Shown here: positions 59,660-64,000 of the stretch, piece after piece
Numbering within the stretch: the first letter of the stretch is position 1
Layout: each line of letters opens with the position of its first letter
Translations under genes and position numbers: made by a program
The notes under the pieces: model-generated
What the model saw: only the letters and a program-made list of their open reading frames with translations
Database searches by the model: none
What the model was told of the DNA's origin: nothing
Assembly: GCF_018977255.1 (NCBI RefSeq)
Contig: NW_024704743.1
Location: 59,708,001-59,772,000 of the forward strand
Direction of reading: 5' to 3'
Origin: Callorhinchus milii
Lineage: Eukaryota
Length of the DNA: 64,000 bases

Positions 59660-59980
59660 TGTCTTGCTGCTATGCTCTGCTCTGCTCCTCCTTCTATTAT
59701 CAACTTCTTGTTCGTTATTGACCTATCCCTCGATTGGTCGCTGAGCCTTTGGCCAGTACACTCCCACTCTGGAATCCTCTCCCAAAAGCCATTCACCTTG
59801 ATCCTTCCCTTTCTGCCTTCAAAATCCTTTGAAAAAAACAAACTCTTTGATCTTGCTTTTGGTCAACGCCCTTAAATTCTTCCTCCACTCCTCCCTGCTC
59901 GGTGTTCCCTGTTATCTCTGTGAAGTGCTTTGAGACTTTCATCGCACATGAAAGGTGCAATATAAGTGCACTTTGTTGCA
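59660..59980 (+). mobile_element. L2 LINE 3' fragment, old
   Basis: CACTCTGGAATCCTCTCCC...CCTTCAAAATCC and tail ATGAAAGGTGCAATATAAGTG. Confidence 0.65.
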
Positions 59981-60122
59981 GTACATTGTCTGTAATATTG
60001 TGTGCTTAAGGAATCTAATTTTGTGCTGTCATTAGGAGATGACATTTTGTATACATTTGCTGGTCTGATTAGGTGATGATTCACTTCATACAGAACACTT
60101 AATGCTACACAAAGTAATAATA

Positions 60123-60615
60123 TATTATAATAATCCTTACATTTGATATAGCGCCTCATCAGGTTTTTGAGACGTTTCAAAGTGCTTCAAAAAATATGCT
60201 TGTATATTTTGTGGGTGAAATGTGGCAGCCAATTGCCCACAAACAGTCCATGGATTGAGTGACCAATTTTTTTTATTATCCCAGGAAAGCAATCCGCCAA
60301 TCGACTAACAACTGGGATCCTACTTACTGCGATGTAAATCTCTTCGACCATGCTTTCGATCTCCCTGCTTCCCCCCCCCCTGCTCTCCACCCTCCCTGAT
60401 CCCAACCCCCAGCTCGGGTCCGTAACTCTATCTGTCCAGCGCCTTGGGACGGCCTCCCGACGTGAAAGTCGCTTTACAAATGTAATTTTGTTGTTGTTGT
60501 TATAAACAGAGGCATGTGGAGTAAGGACTCATGCTTAAGGTTTCGCCCTGCCTGGGAATCGAACCAGCATCTTCTCACTTGCATGGTGAGTGTTCTAACC
60601 ATTACGCTACAGGAT
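60123..60615 (-). mobile_element. SINE family A (long form) with a nested L2 3' end (~60339-60502, +)
   Basis: The SINE consensus CCTACTTACTGC.AGGTAAACAGAGG is split by an L2 tail ending in (GTT)n, with TAAA duplicated at the junctions. Confidence 0.88.
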
Positions 60616-60989
60616 TAGCTGAAATAAGTTGTTTTCTTATCTGCCATATAGTTATCATACTGTGCATAGGTGGCTGGGACTAGAAGGGGTTCCATCTTAC
60701 AATCCCTTTCCCTCTAACAACTTAACTGAAATTGCACCAAATGAAAAGGAGCAGCACATTAACAATTTAGAAATTATATTTATGTAGATCCTTTCACATC
60801 ACAAAGTGCTTAAACTTTCACAGGGATAAACAGCACCTGATAAACTGATTTAGCAACAAAATCACACCAAGTGAAGCAAATAAAACATAAATATAATAGT
60901 ACCTAAGGCCTATTGAATATAAAAAATATCATTAGTTGTGTACTATCATTTCCAGTTCCCTTGGAAACTAATTAGGATATATTTTCTAT

Positions 60990-61310
60990 ATTGCATTGTT
61001 CCAGATGTCATCCTTTGATTGAGCCATTAAACGGAGGTCCTGTTTGCCTCTTCAGATGGATCTTAAGGACCCAATGGCACTATTTTAAAAAAGAAAGGAG
61101 TTTCTCCCGGTGTCCTGATCAAAAAATCCCGCAAATAAAATTGGTCATTCACTCCATGACTGTTTGTGGGACATCGCTATGTTCAATTAGCTGCTGCATT
61201 TCGCCCATAAAATACACAGCCAATCCACTTTACAGTATATCCGGTGAAGCGCTTTGAGATGCCTCGACAATGTAATAAGGCACTACATCAAATGCAAGAA
61301 TTATTATTAG
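60990..61310 (+). mobile_element. Deu-domain SINE family B, 5'-truncated
   Basis: Deu core and CAAATGCAAGAATTATTATT tail. Confidence 0.8.
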
Positions 61311-62669
61311 AGAAAGGAACAAATCAACCAGGCTTCCCTCTCCTTGTTCCTATCCAATGAGCTCTGCTGGAAATTCAACAACGTTGAAATGTCCTTAAGC
61401 TTGTGAAGATCGTTTTACATTTAAGATCAAGCAGAATTTTGAGAAATTCAAATTATGAAAAAAATGAGAATTGAATTAAACAATTTTCTACGATCTGCTT
61501 GATCATGCATTTCAACCAATGGCTAAGACTGTGAGAATTTTTCGGCCTCTGGTAAGGTTGGAATTGAGCATAGCTAAGTTGCTCCCATCCCTCTGTTGTA
61601 TAATGTGCTGTCACTTGCTCTCTAGCCTTACTTGGGCAAGGAACTCAAGGGGATACATCACCCTTGGAAACATATAGTAACATAAATCTGTAGAACAGTA
61701 GCAGAAGATCACAATCTAAGACAATTATTTCAGATATTTTTGCTAGCAGTGAATTTCTGGAAATAAAATGTAAAAAAAATCCTCTTTCTATTAACATCAT
61801 CACAATTATTAATTTAACAGCCACTACCTACTTGGCCTTTTGACAGAAAAAGCACTCACAGTCAGCCTTGTTATCTGCTATTCACCATCACTAGAAACAA
61901 GGACTGTGTCAGACTTGGAGTGCTGCATATTTTTTCCCATAATTATGCCTTATTATATGTTTACTATTCAAAGTGTGCAGGTGGAGGCTGCTGAACAATG
62001 GCCGATGAGATTTGACCTTACTGGCAGTGGTTTCCTTAGTGAGTCATGTTTAGCTGTCAGTTGGTTTGAAACTGTTTCACTGTTAATTTGCTCTGCAGAG
62101 TAGTCTGCAATTAGCAGGAATTCAGGAGCAGCTGTATGCAGTTTTACAATAGTACTTCCCCCTCCCTCCCCTCTGTTCGCTTGTACTGGGGCATGTTGCG
62201 GTTCCACTGATTTGATTGCTAGCGTTGCTAAGTGGTTCAATGATGAGACAGTGTGCAGACCAGAGACCAGAATCAGTGATGCCCTTTGCCAGTTACAATC
62301 TGAAATGATTTTTTTAAGAATCCTCCAGGATACATAAGGTTCACTGAAAAATAAACCAGACATGCTCTGACCTCGGTAACTTATGAATCTAGAGGACAAG
62401 TGAGTTTAAACATAGGATTCAGGAAGTGACTATTTTTTGACAACTGTAACCCCACTGGGTTTTACACAACATAGTTCCAGAGTTTGGGAGATGGTCATTC
62501 AGTCAGCCACGATCAAATGGTGAATATTGTGGAGTTTGCCTGTGAGTTGAAATTTCACTGCCAAAGGACACAGTGTGGAAGGTATTTTGTGTTTGAGCTT
62601 TCAGAAGATGTGAGAGGCCAGGGTAGTTACGCTTGGATCTGCTGGTTTTGTAACAACTGAATAATAAAT

Positions 62670-63036
62670 AATAATAGTAATAATAATTCTTGCATTTAAT
62701 ACAGCGCCTTATCAGATCTTTGAGACGTCTCAAAGTGCTTCACAGAATATACAATGGAACAGTAATTGGAGAGCTGTGGAGTTTTTTGTCTCCAAAATGT
62801 CATTTCAGACAAGGGCTGGTGGACATCTGGGAGCAGGTTACTTGTTTTCCAGTGACATCAAGTGAGTGTTAATGACAGTCAAGCTTTTGATATGAGTGTC
62901 CAATGAGTGTCCCTGCTTCGCTCGAAAACTATTTCCCTTTTAAGGTGTCCTTAAAAATGCGATGAGCAGTCAATGAAGCGCTTTGAGACATCGAGAAGAC
63001 GTGAAAAGCGCTATATCAAATGCAAGCATTATTATT
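62670..63036. mobile_element. Two SINE tail fragments (62670-62752 minus; 62972-63036 plus)
   Basis: Both carry the shared ...ATCAAATGCAAG(ATT)n tail. Confidence 0.8.
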
Positions 63037-64000
63037 AATGAATTTGTGATTAAAACACCCATCTGCCATCCAGGAGAACATTAGCTAAGTCAGCACAGAG
63101 CAGGGATGGAATCAAGCTCTTTACAAATTACTGAATTTCCTAGTCATCAGTGATGGGAAATAGATTATTTTCAGTATTTTTGCACATGCTAGGATCATGA
63201 AGTACACAGCAGAGTGCATTGACCAGAACTTCAGAAGGCAATCTCTTCTGTACCACAGTGATATTTCCATTTTCCACATAAAACATCCCGACTTGGAACT
63301 GTTCTTCACATAGGATCTTTTTAAGTGACTGTGAAAGGCAATTTTAATACCATCACTTTGTGTGGGATTCAAATTCAGGTACCAGATGTGAGAGTCTGCA
63401 TTCTAACATTTAAACAAGTTCATGTCAGGAAAAAGATCCCTTAATGTTTCAGAGGTTATGTTGAAAGGCTAAAAGGAGGGCTGACTCTGGAGCTGAATTG
63501 ATATATTTAGGTGAGTTGGTTCAAAGAAGATACAATACGTGTCTAGTTGCTGTGTTTTTCTAAGGAACAGAACATCTGGTGGGAACTGGAAATACCATTG
63601 AGTGCAGTCTGAGGTTAATTAAGGTCATGTGAGTTTATTTTCTGTTTTTTTTCAAAAGATTCACTGGAACCCGGAACCTTGCTTCTTTACCCACACAAGT
63701 GGTACATAGCCTGCTGTTTAGCACATGGATGTATTCACGTTTCACCGCAATGCTGGACAGTTTTCAGTTTATTCTCAATAATCTGATGTATTTTGTAGTT
63801 TCACAAAAGAGTATCTGGATGGAAGAAGGCTTTTGGCCCATTTGAGAATATCCATCTTTTCAGAATTTCCAGCTTCCCATTGCAGCATCAAGTTCTTGCT
63901 GTTTCTCAAATGAGTTAAGTGTCCTGGCATCTACCATCTTTCTAGGTAACCTGTTACAGTTGTTGATTACTTTCCAAGTAAGGAAAACTTCCTAGCCCCA

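Noticed and set aside
60000..64000. SEM1 (DSS1) terminal exons expected from synteny
   Set aside because: No sequence encoding AELEKHGYKMETS or WEDNWDDD-like peptides was found on either strand.

Overview
This is eukaryotic, repeat-rich vertebrate DNA. The repeat content (Deu-domain tRNA-SINEs plus abundant L2 and CR1 LINEs) suggests a cartilaginous fish, possibly a holocephalan; that assignment is inference. The only host gene I can support is the 5' end of SLC25A13 (citrin) on the minus strand. Coding exon 1 (MATQ) lies at 10324-10335 and the 54-nt exon 2 (LASCKRADPAELKTIFLK) at 4095-4148; exon 3 onward lies off the left edge. Its short GC-rich promoter (CCAAT, GC boxes, NRF1-like site) sits between two minisatellites: a 42-bp x ~17 array in intron 1 and a 31-32-bp array upstream. 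The remaining ~53 kb has no recognisable exons. In mammals the syntenic interval (SLC25A13 to SEM1 to DLX6/DLX5) carries long-range Dlx5/6 enhancers, and several repeat-free, motif-dense islands here are enhancer candidates. Mobile DNA includes a young tRNA-Ala-headed chimeric SINE (long and short subfamilies), an older full Deu-domain SINE, L2 and CR1 fragments with nesting, a hAT MITE, a PIF/Harbinger transposase fossil and an unclassified >1 kb dispersed repeat in five copies. Almost all ORFs in the supplied track are artefacts of repeats. All family assignments come from recognising motifs by eye; no searches were run and repeat boundaries are approximate.
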